Assembly: GCA_964016885.1 (NCBI GenBank)
Contig: OZ024745.1
Span: 109,554,001-109,618,000 of the forward strand
DNA: 64,000 nt
DNA from: Eledone cirrhosa
Lineage: Eukaryota
Direction of reading: 5' to 3'
Part shown: piece after piece, positions 41,801 to 55,565 of the stretch
Layout of the letters: every line of letters begins with the position of its first letter
Numbering within the stretch: position 1 is the first letter of the stretch
Notes under the pieces: generated by a model
What the model saw: the letters and a program-made list of their open reading frames with translations, nothing else
Told to the model about the DNA's origin: nothing
Databases searched by the model: none
Translations under genes and position numbers: made by a program

Positions 41801-43517
41801 GTGGCATGTTAAGATGGTGCCATGTTAAGATGGTGCTATGTTAAGATGGTGCCATGTTAAGATGGTGCCATGTTAAGATGATGCTATGTTAAGATGGTGC
41901 CATGTTAAGATAGTGCTATGTTAAGATAGTGCTATGTTAAGATGGTGCCATGTTAAGATGGTGCCATGTTAAGATAGTGGCATGTTAAGATAGTGGCATG
42001 TTAAGATAGTGGCATGTTAAGATGGTGCTATGTTAAGATGGTGCCATGTTAAGATGGTGCCATGTTAAGATGGTGCTATGTTAAGATGGTGCCATGTTAA
42101 GATAGTGCCATGTTAAGATGGTGCTATGTTAAGATGGTGCCATGTTAAGATAGTGCCATGTTAAGATGGTGCCATGTTAAGATGGTGCCATGTTAAGATG
42201 GTGCCATGTTAAGATAGTGCCATGTTAAGATAGTGCTATGTTAAGATAGTGCCATGTTAAGATGGTGCCATGTTAAGATAGTGCTATGTTAAGATGGTGC
42301 TATGTTAAGATGGTGCCATGTTAAGATAGTGCCATGTTAAGATGGTGCCATGTTAAGATGGTGCCATGTTAAGATAGTGCTATGTTAAGATGGTGCTATG
42401 TTAAGATGGTGCCATGTTAAGATAGTGCCATGTTAAGATGGTGCCATGTTAAGATGGTGCCATGTTAAGATAGTGCTATGTTGAGATGGTGCCATGTTAA
42501 GATGGTGCCATGTTGAGATGGTGCTATGTTAAGATGGTGCTATGTTAAGATGGTGCCATGTTAAGATGGTGCCATGTTAAGATGGTGCCATGTTAAGATG
42601 GTGCTATGTTAAGATGGTGCCATGTTAAGATGGTGCTATGTTAAGATGGTGCCATGTTAAGATGGTGCCATGTTAAGATGGTGCCATGTTAAGATGGTGC
42701 TATGTTAAGATGGTGCCATGTTAAGATGGTGCCATGTTAAGATGGTGCTATGTTAAGATGGTGCCATGTTAAGATGGTGCCATGTTAAGATGGTGCCATG
42801 TTAAGATAGTGCTATGTTAAGATGGTGCTATGTTAAGATGGTGCCATGTTAAGATAGTGCCATGTTAAGATGGTGCCATGTTAAGATGGTGCCATGTTAA
42901 GATGGTGCCATGTTAAGATGGTGCTATGTTAAGATGGTGCCATGTTAAGATGGTGCTATGTTAAGATGGTGCCATGTTAAGATGGTGCCATGTTAAGATG
43001 GTGCCATGTTAAGATGGTGCTATGTTAAGATGGTGCCATGTTAAGATGGTGCTATGTTAAGATGGTGCCATGTTAAGATGGTGCCATGTTAAGATGGTGC
43101 CATGTTAAGATGGTGCTATGTTAAGATGGTGCCATGTTAAGATGGTGCCATGTTAAGATGGTGCTATGTTAAGATGGTGCCATGTTAAGATGGTGCCATG
43201 TTAAGATGGTGCCATGTTAAGATAGTGCTATGTTAAGATGGTGCTATGTTAAGATGGTGCCATGTTAAGATAGTGCCATGTTAAGATGGTGCCATGTTAA
43301 GATGGTGCCATGTTAAGATGGTGCCATGTTAAGATGGTGCTATGTTAAGATGGTGCCATGTTAAGATGGTGCTATGTTAAGATGGTGCCATGTTAAGATG
43401 GTGCCATGTTAAGATGGTGCCATGTTAAGATGGTGCTATGTTAAGATGGTGCCATGTTAAGATGGTGCCATGTTAAGATGGTGCCATGTTAAGATGGTGC
43501 CATGTTAAGATGGTGCC
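38821..43517 (+). repeat. 16-bp quasi-palindromic satellite CATGTTAAGATGGTGC (~290 copies)
   Basis: Strict 16-bp period; variation almost confined to three positions. Confidence 0.98.
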
Positions 43518-43599
43518 TCTGTGACTTCATCAGAAGTTAAGGCCTCCTCATAGAATGGTATGATATGACATACAATATCAACAGCAACACCAATGACAC

Positions 43600-43940
43600 C
43601 ATCATAAGAATTCCATCACAACTATCACCACTACAACCATCATCACCATCATCATCATCATCATTGCTGCCACCACTACCACTACTACCATCATTGTCAC
43701 CATCACCATCACCATCATCATCATCATCATCATCGCCATTGCTGCCACCACTACCACTACAACCATCATCATTGTCACCATCATTATCAACATCATCATC
43801 ATCATCATCATCACCATTGCTGCCACCACTACCACTACTGCCATCATCATTGTCACCATCACCATCATCATCATCATCATCACCATTGCTGCCACCACTA
43901 CCACTACTACCATAATTGTCACCATCACCATCATCATCAC

Positions 43941-43977
<37 letters not shown>

Positions 43978-45143
43978 GCCATTGCTGCCACCACTACCAC
44001 TACAACCATCATCATTGTCACCATCACCATCATCATCATCATCATCACCATTGCTGCCACCACTACCACTACTACCATAATTGTCACCATCACCATCATC
44101 ATCATCACCATCACCATTGCTGCCACCACTACCACTACTGCCATCATCAACCAAGCACTGTCATAAATAGAATCTGTAGCTGAACCAGTAAGCAGTCATT
44201 CTGTGGCATTCTCTACTGTCACACTACCACCTCCACACCACAACACACCACACCACACCACACCACACCACACCACACCACACCACACCCTAACACACCC
44301 TAACACACCCTAACACACCCTAACACACCCTAACACACCCTAACATACCCATATACTGTTCCTCAAACATCCCTTTCAATAACACCACACTACACCACAC
44401 TACACCACACTACACCATAGCAGCCATCACCATAGGTCCCTATGGCATTACCCAAACCTCACCTCATTCCACCTCTTCTCACCCCACCACCCCCACCACC
44501 TCCCACCACCACCGCCACCACCTTCCAACCTAGATCTCTAACCAACACTGTTCATGTCCTGGAAAAACTGCTTTTCCACACCTCTGTCTCACTCCTTCCC
44601 CCTCTCCCTTTCATACACTTCACTACCTCCTCCTATCATCACTACCATCCCCACCATCACCAGCACAACCATCACTACCAATCCCTCAACAACATCACCA
44701 CCACCATCACTACCAATCCCCAACAACATCACCTTCACCACCACCACCACCATCACCAACACCAACACCAACACCAAAACCACCACCATCCCGCCATCAT
44801 CATCACCAACCCCCCCACCCACCACCCACCACCACCATCATCATCACCGACATCATCACTGCCAACACCAACATCATCACCACCACCATCACTACCAACT
44901 CCAACAACATCACCTTCACCACCACCATCATCATCACCAACACCAACACCAAAACCACCACCATCCCACCATCATCATCACCAACACCCCCACCCACCCA
45001 CCCACCACCACCATCATCATCACCGACATCATCACTGTCAACACCAACATCATCACCACCACCATCATCATCACCAACTCCAACAACATCACCGCCACCA
45101 TCATCACTACCATCTCCAACATCACCACCACCACCACCACCAA

Positions 45144-45175
<32 letters not shown>

Positions 45176-45660
45176 CCCCACCACTACCACCACCAACAAC
45201 ACCCCACCACCATCACCACCAACACCACCAACACCACCAACACCACCAACACCACCAACAACACCCCACCACCACCAACAACAACACCCCACCACCACCA
45301 CCAACAAACACCCCACCACTACCACCACCAACAACACCCCACCACCATCACCACCAACACCACCAACACCACCAACACCACCAACACCACCAACAACACC
45401 CCACCACCACCAACAACAACACCCCACCACCACCACCAACAAACACCCCACCACTACCACCACCAACAACACCCCACCACCATCACCACCAACACCACCA
45501 ACACCACCAACACCACCAACACCACCAACACCACCAACAACACCAACAACAACAACACCCCACCACCACCACCAACAAACACCCCACCACTATCACCACC
45601 AACAACACCCCACCACCACCACCAACAACAACAAACACCCCACCCTCACCAACACCACCA
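43600..45660. repeat. Compound CAT/CAC/CAA low-complexity region with local higher-order duplications
   Basis: Direct; recurring CCATTGCTGCCACCACTACC (43.6-44.15 kb) and ACACCCTAAC (44.29-44.34 kb). Confidence 0.85.
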
Positions 45661-46476
45661 TGGCACTCCCACTACCCATAACATTAAAAGAATGAGTCAT
45701 CTCTCTGTGTCAACCTCCAGCATCTTTTTCACAGGGTCCTATCTTTCTCTCTTTTCCCTTTCAATTCTCTCTTTCTCCCCTCCCCTGCCCCCTCTCTCCA
45801 CCTCCCTCTCCCTCTCTCTCTCTTTCCACCTCCCTCTCCCTCTCTCTCTCTCTCTTTCCACCTCCCTCTCCCTCTCTCTACCTCCTACTTCCTCTCTCTC
45901 TCCACCTCTCCTCTCTCACTCCACCCCCTCTCTCTTTCTCCAATCTTTTTTCTTCACACTTTCCTTCATTTTTCCTTTCACCTCCCCCTCCCCGTCTCTT
46001 CTCTATTTGCTCACCTCCCCACCTATCTTTCTATATCCCCCCCCCACCCCCATCTGCACCCCCCCCCCACACTCCAGGGATTATTTAATTTATTTATTTA
46101 TTTATTTGTTTGTTTAGTTATTTTTATTTTCTCTAGTTTCTGTTGTCTCCCCATTCTTGAACTGCACAATTTTCTTTCAGAAACTGTTGTCCCAAATTAA
46201 CAGACATGCATGCACCGCAAACACGCATGCACAGCAAACATGCATTCACACAAACACGCATGCATCAAAAATATTCAGGATATATAAACACACTACACAT
46301 ACATACATACTCATCATAAACAGACAGACAAAAACATTCACATACATACATATATATATACACACACACACATATATATATAAGAAGAACAATGTACATA
46401 TATATATATACACACACACACATATACACATATATATATATGATATATAAGCATATATATATATGATATATAAACG

Positions 46477-46542
<66 letters not shown>

Positions 46543-46567
46543 ATATATATATTACATATATACACAC

Positions 46568-46630
<63 letters not shown>

Positions 46631-47775
46631 ATATAAACATATATATGAGACACACATATATATATATATACACACATGCACACATATACATATATATATA
46701 TGCACACATAAACACACACATACCTACACACACGAACACACACGAACACACACATACACATATATAAATATATATATAAAGACACAATTATTTTAACAGT
46801 TCTCATAGATACATATATGCATGTCTATAGCATGCATTAAAATGATGAAAGAAATCCACATACACACACACACTAACGTATACACATACACACACACTGA
46901 CGTAAACACATACAGACACATAGAAAAACACTTGTTAAGTTTTGTGGGAGTGTGTACACATTTATGTATGTGTTTTCATGTGCGTGTGTGTGCGTGTGTT
47001 CAAAATTCCAATACACATTTACTGCTTTTCTAATATTATCAATATAATAAAGCAAACAAAAAGAATGAAATATATATAAATAAATAAATATCAAGGAGTG
47101 GGTGTAATGTGGTAATGGGAAGGGTGGGTGGGTGGGTAGAGGAAATTGGTGAAGGGTTAAATAGTTAAGGGGTTAGGGTGATGTATACATAAGGGGACGT
47201 GAGACGAAAATATGAAAAGTAAAGCCTGCAGCAACAGCAACACCAATTGCACCCCCTGCTGACCTCTATGGGGACTGTTCAAAGTGCTAGAAATAGTAGC
47301 TTAATCTTCCTTAAATCACATCCAGCTAGCTAAAAAAGAAGGCATGTTAGATAATGGGAACTTTGCTTCCTTGAGCATAGGATAAAGACAGAATTGTCGT
47401 AACTGGAGTGCTTTTGATCATAGTTCTACTTGAACAGAGTTGACCTAGGGCTAAATAACAACACTGTAGTCAACACTAACATCAACACTACCAACAATAC
47501 CACCATCAATATTACCAGTGTAGTGTCATAAATCGGGCCTCTATGTAGTTACTCGGCATACTGGAAATAGCAGCCAAATTCCCTCGATGTCTGTAGTTCT
47601 ATATAACAATAAGAATATGGGATGGAGACCTTTGATCTTAGGTTTGTTGGATCAGGGCAAACAAGGGACTCAGTACTTACATCATCATCATCATCAACAT
47701 CATTACCAGCATCAACATCAACATCATCATCAACAACATCATCATCATAATCAACATCATAACCATCATCATCAA

Positions 47776-47810
<35 letters not shown>

Positions 47811-48608
47811 ACATCATCATCACCACCATCATCATTAACACCACCATCACCAGCATCAACATCATCATCATCATCATCATCACCATCACCATCACCATCA
47901 CCACCACCATCACCACCACCACCATCATCACCACCACCACCACCACCATCACCATCACCACCACCACCACCACCATCATCACCACCACCACCACCACCAC
48001 CATCATCACCACCACCACCACCACCACCACCATCACCACCACCACCACCACCATCATCACCACCATCAACATCACCATCACCACCACCATCAGCCACCAC
48101 CACCACCATCACCAAAACATCACCATCAACATCACCATCACCACCACCACCACCACCATCACCAAAACATCACCATCAACATCACCACCATCACCACCAC
48201 CACCACCATCACCACCACCACCACCACCATCACCACCACCACCACCACCATCAGCACCACCACCATCACCACCATCACCACCATCACCACCATCACTACC
48301 ACCATCACCACCATCACCACCATCACCACCACCACCACCACCACCATCACCACCACCACCATCACCACCACCAGCACCACCACCACCAACATCACCATCA
48401 ACATCATTTCTACCATAATTATCATGTCATTGTAAATAACAATACTACTAAAACTATTATTACTAATACTGCTACCACCATTGACATCGTAGCTCCCCAC
48501 CACCACCACCACCACCACACTGAGCCACCTTCCCCACCATTGTCATCAGAGTTCCCCACCCCACCACCTCCATCACCACACTGAGCCACCACCCCAACCA
48601 CCACCACC

Positions 48609-48653
<45 letters not shown>

Positions 48654-49679
48654 AACGACAACAATAAAATCAACATCTACAGCCACCACCACCACCACCA
48701 ACAACAACAACAATAACAACCACTAGTGCATTCTTTGCCATCAGAATTCATCAAAAGTGTGACCAATCTGTAATCAATGGTTCTCTTTATTGACTGACAG
48801 AAAAGAGGGAGAAAGTGAAGAAAAGAAGAAAGAGAGAGGTAATAGAAAAGGGAGAGTGAAGAGAAGAGTGGGGGGACTAGAAAAGGGAGAGGGAGAGGAA
48901 CGTTTTAGATTGACAGAGATTGATTAGTATTGGAGTTAGACAAGGAAAGAGAGAGACAAGGAAAGATAGAGAGAGACAAGGAAGGAGAATAAGAAGAAAA
49001 GGACAGAGTGGAAGGGAAAAAGAAAGACTAAGATAAAAAATAAAATGTCAAAGAGAGAGAGGGGGGGGGGATAAAGAAAGAAAGTGGGAGAGTGAGAGGT
49101 AGGGAGATAAAGAGAGATAGAGAGAGAGAGACAGAGCTAGAGAGAGGGAGAGAGAGAAAGAGAGCTAGAGAGAGGGAGAGTGAGAGAAAGTGGGAGATAG
49201 AGTGAGAGAGAGAGGGGGAGAGCGAGAAAGAGAGATAGAGATAGAGATAGAAAAAGAGAGAGACAGAGAGAGAGAGAGAAAGAGAAAGAAAGAGATAGAT
49301 AGAGAGAGAAAGAAAGGGAGAGATAGAGAGAGAAAGAAAGGGAGAGATAGAGATAGAGAAAGAAAGGGAGAGACATACTACATAGAAATGTCAAGAAGTG
49401 GAGAGAGAGAGAGAAGTATGTGACAGTGAGGCAAAGATGGTGATGGAGTGATTAGTGTGTCATAAAGTGTAGTACGTCAGTTAAATATATATCAAGAACA
49501 AGAAGAGACAAGGGACCTAGTTACAAGAAACCCTCATACACTCATATTCAACAGTTATCTTCAATAAGCCACCGGGTGAACCTTTAAGGCAGTCATCGGC
49601 AATCTGCGACACATTTGGCTTTCTGAGCAGTACACCTAATTTTAAAATTTCCTTGAATTTATTAGTAGTAGTACTTATG

Positions 49680-50280
49680 GTCATGCATCTTAGGTAATGA
49701 CTGAAAGAATACGACGATTGTTAATATAAGGAGCTGAAATGGGGTTACTCCGAAGGGTCTTTGGAGTAACATTACCCGATAAAGTGCGTAGCTCGGTGAT
49801 CAGAGAGTCACTCCAGGCAGAGTCGCTTCTTCTCCGAATTGTGAGATCACAGCTCCGATACTATGGACATGCAGTTAGAATGTCTCAGGAAAGAATGTCT
49901 CAGGAAAGAATGTCTCAGGAAAGAATGTCTCAGGAAAGAAAGTCTCAGGAAAGAATGTCTCAGGAAAGAATGTCTCAGGAAAGAATGTCTCAGGAAAGAA
50001 TGTCTCAGGAAAGAAAGTCTCAGGAAAGAATGTCTCAGGAAAGAATTGCTGGACAGATTATACGGGCAAAACCAACTGGCAAGAGAACTAAGGATAAACC
50101 CTGAGCATGATGGTTAGATAACATCCATGAGCTTGGATGATCTCACTTGGGTATCCATTCAGATCAGTTGGAGACGGTTGCTTCTTACAGGACCCACTGG
50201 AGGGAGTGTTTGAGGATTCTACCTCAACAACCCTCTCAGGAATAAGTGGGTGAAGAAGAAGAAGAAGAAGAAGAAGAAGA
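49680..50280 (+). mobile_element. RTE-like LINE 3' fragment with an internal in-frame 15-bp expansion and (GAA)n tail
   Basis: EMGLLRRVFGVTLPDKVRS...QLRYYGHAVRM(SQERM)n...PTGKR. Confidence 0.82.
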
Positions 50281-50419
50281 GGCCTGCCTTATGATCAGCT
50301 TCATCCTATGTGGCTCACTGCTCCAAAAAGTTTGCTTGTACATGCTCTAAGGGATTCATTCAAACTATCACATAATATCTCCCAAATCTCAAACATAATC
50401 AATGAAAAGGGTACATTAG

Positions 50420-50612
50420 ATAATTGTTTCTATTTTAGGCACAAGGCCAGCAATTACCCAGTACATTACTGGTACTTTATTTTATTGACCCCGTAAGGAT
50501 GAAAGGCAAAGTTAACCTCGGCAGGATTTGAACTCAGATCATAAAGGGACGTAATTCTATGCTTCAAAGCATGGCGTCCGACCCTCTACCGATACTGCCA
50601 ATCCACCGCCCT
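50420..50612 (-). mobile_element. SINE family A copy with a 16-bp TSD, inserted into a family-C repeat
   Basis: GGGTACATTAGATAAT at 50409-50424 and 50622-50637. Confidence 0.9.
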
Positions 50613-50779
50613 TAGTACACCGGGTACATTAGATAATGTCGTCCTGAATATCTTCCATTCAGCAGTAGTTTCTAAGGTCTGCTTTATCACTTTTCTTATG
50701 AATTAGGACTATTACAGCATTAATCCATCAAGAAGGGCAAACATAGATATATTGGCCATGTCTCTTGTCTCAGAGACAA

Positions 50780-50965
50780 TAGGTTTGACTATTAGATTGA
50801 CAGAGTGGACACCAAAGCAGTGGAGAAGAACCAGAGGATGGCCAAAGGCCAGATGGTGCAATGATCTGACTCGATACTTAAGCCCCACATGGTCCAATAT
50901 AGCAATAAATAGAAAGCAGTGGAGGTCAACCAGGGAGGGGTTCCTTCAACAGGAGCGAGAAAGCC
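50780..50965 (+). mobile_element. Degenerate RTE LINE 3' fragment
   Basis: RLTEWTPKQWRRTRGWPKARWCNDL...RKQWR. Confidence 0.65.
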
Positions 50966-51059
50966 CTGGATTTTGGATATATAGGATATGTATGTTTTAA
51001 CTAAGCTGGAAAAAACTATGGCTAATCTTGGATTCTTGGGAAAATAATCTATCATATAA

Positions 51060-51684
51060 TCTATATATATAAAACTGAGGATGTCTGTCTGTGTGTGAAT
51101 CCCTAAAACTCGAGAAGTACCCAAGAAGTACCCAAACTCGAGAAGTAGCCAAACCATTTTTTTAAAATGTACATGTGTGTTACTTATGTTTCAAGGAGTG
51201 TTATGCACATTAAAAAATTCTACTTTATGATCCTCTAGGGCCCGCATTAGGTGAAAAACTGCGTTTTTTCAGCTTTTTAGGGTTTTTTTGAGGCGTTACG
51301 TCAGACCGATTTCCTTGAAATACTGTGAGCAAAGAAAATCCAACTTTTTTATGTCCTATGGGCCGCATTAGGTGAAAAACTTCACTTTTTCAGCTTTTTA
51401 GGGCCTTCTTGAGGTGTTAGGTCTAGCCAATTTTCCCAAAATATCAAGGCATATTATACACATAAAAAAAATTCATTTTCTTGATCCCCTAGGGCCCCCA
51501 TTAGGTGAAAACCTGCATTTTACCTGCTTTATCAAGGAAAATCTTAAAGATTATCCAGCCATCAGAGTATTCGGTTTATTTTCTTTACATATTGTCCAGG
51601 CATGCAGTTTTTCCCCAATTAGGTCAGTTGGCAGCCTGCCTTCCAAAATACCTTATCCCGTGCAACGCCGGGTACCACTGATAG
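51060..51684 (+). mobile_element. Non-autonomous Helitron
   Basis: 5' A|TCTATATATATAAAA; 3' GC hairpin CCCGTGCAACGCCGGG about 12 nt before a degenerate CTAG (ATAG)|T; three internal CATTAGGTGAAAA repeats. Confidence 0.78.
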
Positions 51685-52046
51685 TATATTATAATCTATA
51701 CGCTACATGGGATAATAAAAACTGGTAAAAAGTTCTTAAAGTCTAAATGGTAAATGATTGTGCATAGAAAGACCAGGATCCTCCCCCATATCATTATATA
51801 TCTTTGTAAGTTTGTCATAAAGCATGAGGCTGACCATAATAATTTACAAAGAAGAGAAAACAACAGACAAGCAGGCAGACAGACTGACAGACTGACAGAT
51901 AGGCTGATTGATAGATAGATTGATAGATGGCTGGATAGATGTTTGGATGAATGGATGTATCGATCACTGGAAGGATGGATAGATATAGGGAAGGCTGAAT
52001 GGAATAATGGATGGAAGGATAGATACACACACATATATACATACAT

Positions 52047-52086
<40 letters not shown>

Positions 52087-52125
52087 TAAAATATAAGTAT
52101 TAATAAAATAGATGTTCTTTTGATC

Positions 52126-52190
52126 AATTACATTTTATTATACATATTTCGGATGTACAACAGTACGTCCTCATCAGACAAAATATAATT
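52126..52190 (-). ncRNA. Minimal type I hammerhead ribozyme motif (mirror copy)
   Basis: Reverse complement of 52514-52578. Confidence 0.83.
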
Positions 52191-52271
52191 ATACATGACA
52201 TACCCTGAGATATTAAATGGTTAAGATTTAATCAAGGTAGTCAGATCTTAAACATTTAACATCTAAGGGTA

Positions 52272-52500
52272 TCATCATCATCATCATCATCATCATCATT
52301 TTACGTCCGCTTTTCCCTGCTTGCAAGGGTGGGACGGGTCTTATTCAGCACAGCATCTCTCCACTCGTCACGGTCCCTCGTCATCTCCATCGTGAGCTTC
52401 AATGATCTGAGGTCTGTTCTCACCACCTCCGCCCATGTTTTTCGTGGTCTACCTCTACCACGTCTTCCTTCAACTGGCATTTCCTGGCACTTCTTCACCC
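52272..52500 (-). mobile_element. RTE LINE 3' end with (ATG)n tail
   Basis: KKCQEMPVEGRRGRGRPRKTWAEVVRTDL...DRDEWR. Confidence 0.88.
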
Positions 52501-52513
52501 ATCGGTCATGTAT

Positions 52514-52578
52514 AATTATATTTTGTCTGATGAGGACGTACTGTTGTACATCCGAAATATGTATAATAAAATGTAATT
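52514..52578 (+). ncRNA. Minimal type I hammerhead ribozyme motif
   Basis: AAUUAUAUUUUGU-CUGAUGA-GGACGUAC/UGUU/GUACAUCC-GAAA-UAUGUA-UA-AUAAAAUGUAAUU; 13-bp stem I, 8-bp stem II with one mismatch. Confidence 0.85.
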
Positions 52579-52941
52579 GATCAAAAGAACATCTATTTTA
52601 TTAATACTTATATTTTAATATTAATAACTCCTGAAAATTATTTTGCCGTTGAGTGCTTCGAATCTACTGTAAATCTCATTCTTTGACATAATAATCGAAT
52701 ATTGTTTAACAACTTCATACTTATATATATATATATTTGTCAAAGATTTTCCTGAGTTGGTTTTTCTCGTTGTTCTGGTCCTAGTGGCTCGCATTTCGGT
52801 CGCTGTCTTCAATTTGCATAACTGTCTAAACGTAATGTTATATAAGGTAAAATTCCTTATTGAGTGCTTTTGGCTGCACTTCCCGACTGCATTCGTTAGC
52901 TTGCCTGCAACCAGAGCTTCGATTATGCTGTACTACCTTCT

Positions 52942-52990
<49 letters not shown>

Positions 52991-53060
52991 TGATAATAGG
53001 CGGTCAGATTTTATATATATATATATTTATTTATATATATATGTATGTATATACATATAT

Positions 53061-53400
53061 ATCATCATCATCATTTCATGTCCACTTTTCCCTGCTTGCA
53101 AGGGTGGGACGGGAACTGATTCTGGCTTGATTTCTACAGCTGGATGCCCTTCCTAACACCAACCTCGTTTACAGTACAGTGAGTGCTGGGAGCCTTTTTT
53201 GCCGTGGCACCTCCACGACCACTTTGCAGTGGAATGATAGGGACCCCAGTCCCTATCATCTCATTTCTACAGCTGAGTAAACTGGAGCAATGTGAAATAA
53301 AGTGTCTTGCTCAAGGAAACAACACATCATCCGGTCTGAGAATTGAACTCACAACCTTTCGATTGCAAGCCCAATGCTCTAACCACTAAGCCATGTGCCT

Positions 53401-53404
<4 letters not shown>
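53061..53404 (-). mobile_element. SINE family B, full-length copy
   Basis: Near-identical to 20796-21150. Confidence 0.88.
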
Positions 53405-53489
<85 letters not shown>

Positions 53490-53978
53490 GCGAGCAAGAT
53501 GGCTGAATGAATAGATAAATAGATAGAAAGATAGACAGAGAGACAGGCACAAAGCAAATTCATTATGAAAGTATGCATATTAACTAGTGTGGTTGCAAAG
53601 CAAAAAACTGGGTTATATTGACACAGTTGATTGAGCTGTCTCATCAACACAATCAGGCTGTAAAACCAAACAGAGAAGTTGTGTACATTCACACTGACAA
53701 CACATACCATTCGTTTGTATAGGCATGACAATTCGAAGATTTATATGTGTGTATGTGTATGTAGTTATTGTTTGCTGTTGGTGTTTAGCCCCAGGTCATC
53801 TCTGAAAGAGAAGACATATGATCAATGACATTCCACTGCTGTACATCCGATTTTGTTTCCAAAGACAAAATGCTCCTGTGTTGTACAAGATTATTCAGTG
53901 CATCTCTTCTTTTCTGAGACTAGTAGGATGTGGTTTCAGGAGCCAGATGGCTGCTATTTTTAGCAGCCATCATGTGGC

Positions 53979-54029
<51 letters not shown>

Positions 54030-54428
54030 CTGAATTGGTCTGTCCCAGTCATTCATTGAGCAACATCGGTGAAGTTGGCACCCTTAACTCACAGTTGGGT
54101 GCGGATGCATTCATGTATATATGTGTGTGTGTCCGCATGTATCTGTGTGTTTCTAATTATATTGTTAATAACTCCCTCTGGTCGAGCAATCTTTAAGGTG
54201 TGGGGACAGCTGGAAGGCTTCCATTACTCATACTTCTTGCCTTCTTCACCACCTCTTCTACGGCCTCGATATAAATACCCCCTCCGCCTCCATGGTATTT
54301 TCTTCGGGGTTATAAGAGGCTTAGCTCTGTTTCTCGACCGTTATATCGCGTGACTATCTCCCCCTCCGCCTTTTGGGATTCTTTCTCACGTCGTGTAGAC
54401 GCGTTCTTGAGACTAGTAAAATGAGGTA

Positions 54429-54518
54429 TCCTCTTGATAAGTCGGCAGACCTCGCAGGGACTCTATATCTTCATGATATATTGTTTTTGTTTATGCCACG
54501 AAACTACGTAGTCGAGGA
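54429..54518 (+). ncRNA. Degenerate type I hammerhead motif (core mutated to UUGAUAA)
   Basis: UCCUC-UUGAUAA-GU(C)GGCA...UGCCAC-GAAA-CUACGUAG-UC-GAGGA; palindromic stem III and GUC cleavage triplet. Confidence 0.65.
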
Positions 54519-54587
54519 ATTTAGGAGCAGTTTAGGTATGATACATTTTATTACTAATTATATCTAAATGTTTCTTCTCTCTTCATA

Positions 54588-54645
<58 letters not shown>

Positions 54646-54788
54646 CCACATGAGGCAAGGAAGGATCTTCTATGTGTTTGTTTGACCTGCTAAAAATAGC
54701 AGCCATCTGACTCCTGAAACCACATCCTACTAGTCTCAGAAAAGAAGAGATGCACTGAATAATCTTGTACAACACAGGACCATTTTGT

Positions 54789-54843
<55 letters not shown>

Positions 54844-54995
54844 TACACGGGTGTGTATGATTGTGTATAGAAGATTATATTAATAAAAGGAATTCCAACT
54901 TTGTCTGATTTACTCGTTTTATTTACAATCCTTTAAAATTTATAATGGTATTAGAATGAAATAGTATGGTAGAATATTAAATGTTAAGTGTTAAT

Positions 54996-55034
54996 TGAAC
55001 AAATACTTTCATGCTTTCGCAATCTTCAGGTTCA
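54996..55034 (-). ncRNA. Ultra-minimal type I hammerhead motif
   Basis: UGAAC-CUGAAGA-UUGC GAAA GCAU-GAAA-GUAU-UU-GUUCA inside a (TA)n-flanked element at ~54845-55073. Confidence 0.6.
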
Positions 55035-55364
55035 TCTTGTGTGGTGACAGTCAAGTTTGCAATTTTCAACTGAATATATATATGTATAAAGTCACCCAAC
55101 CTGGCATTGCCCACAACAGGACAACCCGTCTGACCCATGCTAGCGTGGAAGAATGGACGCAAAATGGTGATGATATATATATTTATATATATATATATAT
55201 ATATATCATCATCATCATCGTTTAACGTCCATCTTCCACGCTAGCATGGGTTAGATGGCTTTGTTCCATTTGATATGTATATGTATACGTGCACACATAC
55301 ATTCATACAAACATATCTTATTAGATACAGACACACACACACATACACACACACCCACCCCCAT

Positions 55365-55403
<39 letters not shown>

Positions 55404-55565
55404 TAGTTTACTCAGCTGTAGAAATCAAGCCAGAATCAGTTCCCGTATGAGCAAGACAAGGTCAGCTGACCGGACACGGCCCACAACAGGACAGCCCGTC
55501 TAACCCATGCTAGCGTGGAAGAACGGACGTAAAATGGTGATGATGAGGATATATATATATATATA

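Larger units (their letters stand above)
52084..52722. mobile_element. PLE-like fold-back element (family P4) with two inverted hammerhead copies, interrupted by an RTE 3' end
   Basis: Arms 52084-52199 / 52505-52621; one-sided extension to 52722; relative at 61697-61900. Confidence 0.85.

Noticed and set aside
43510-43540. CTGATGA on the minus strand at the satellite end
   Set aside because: No stem II or GAAA follows
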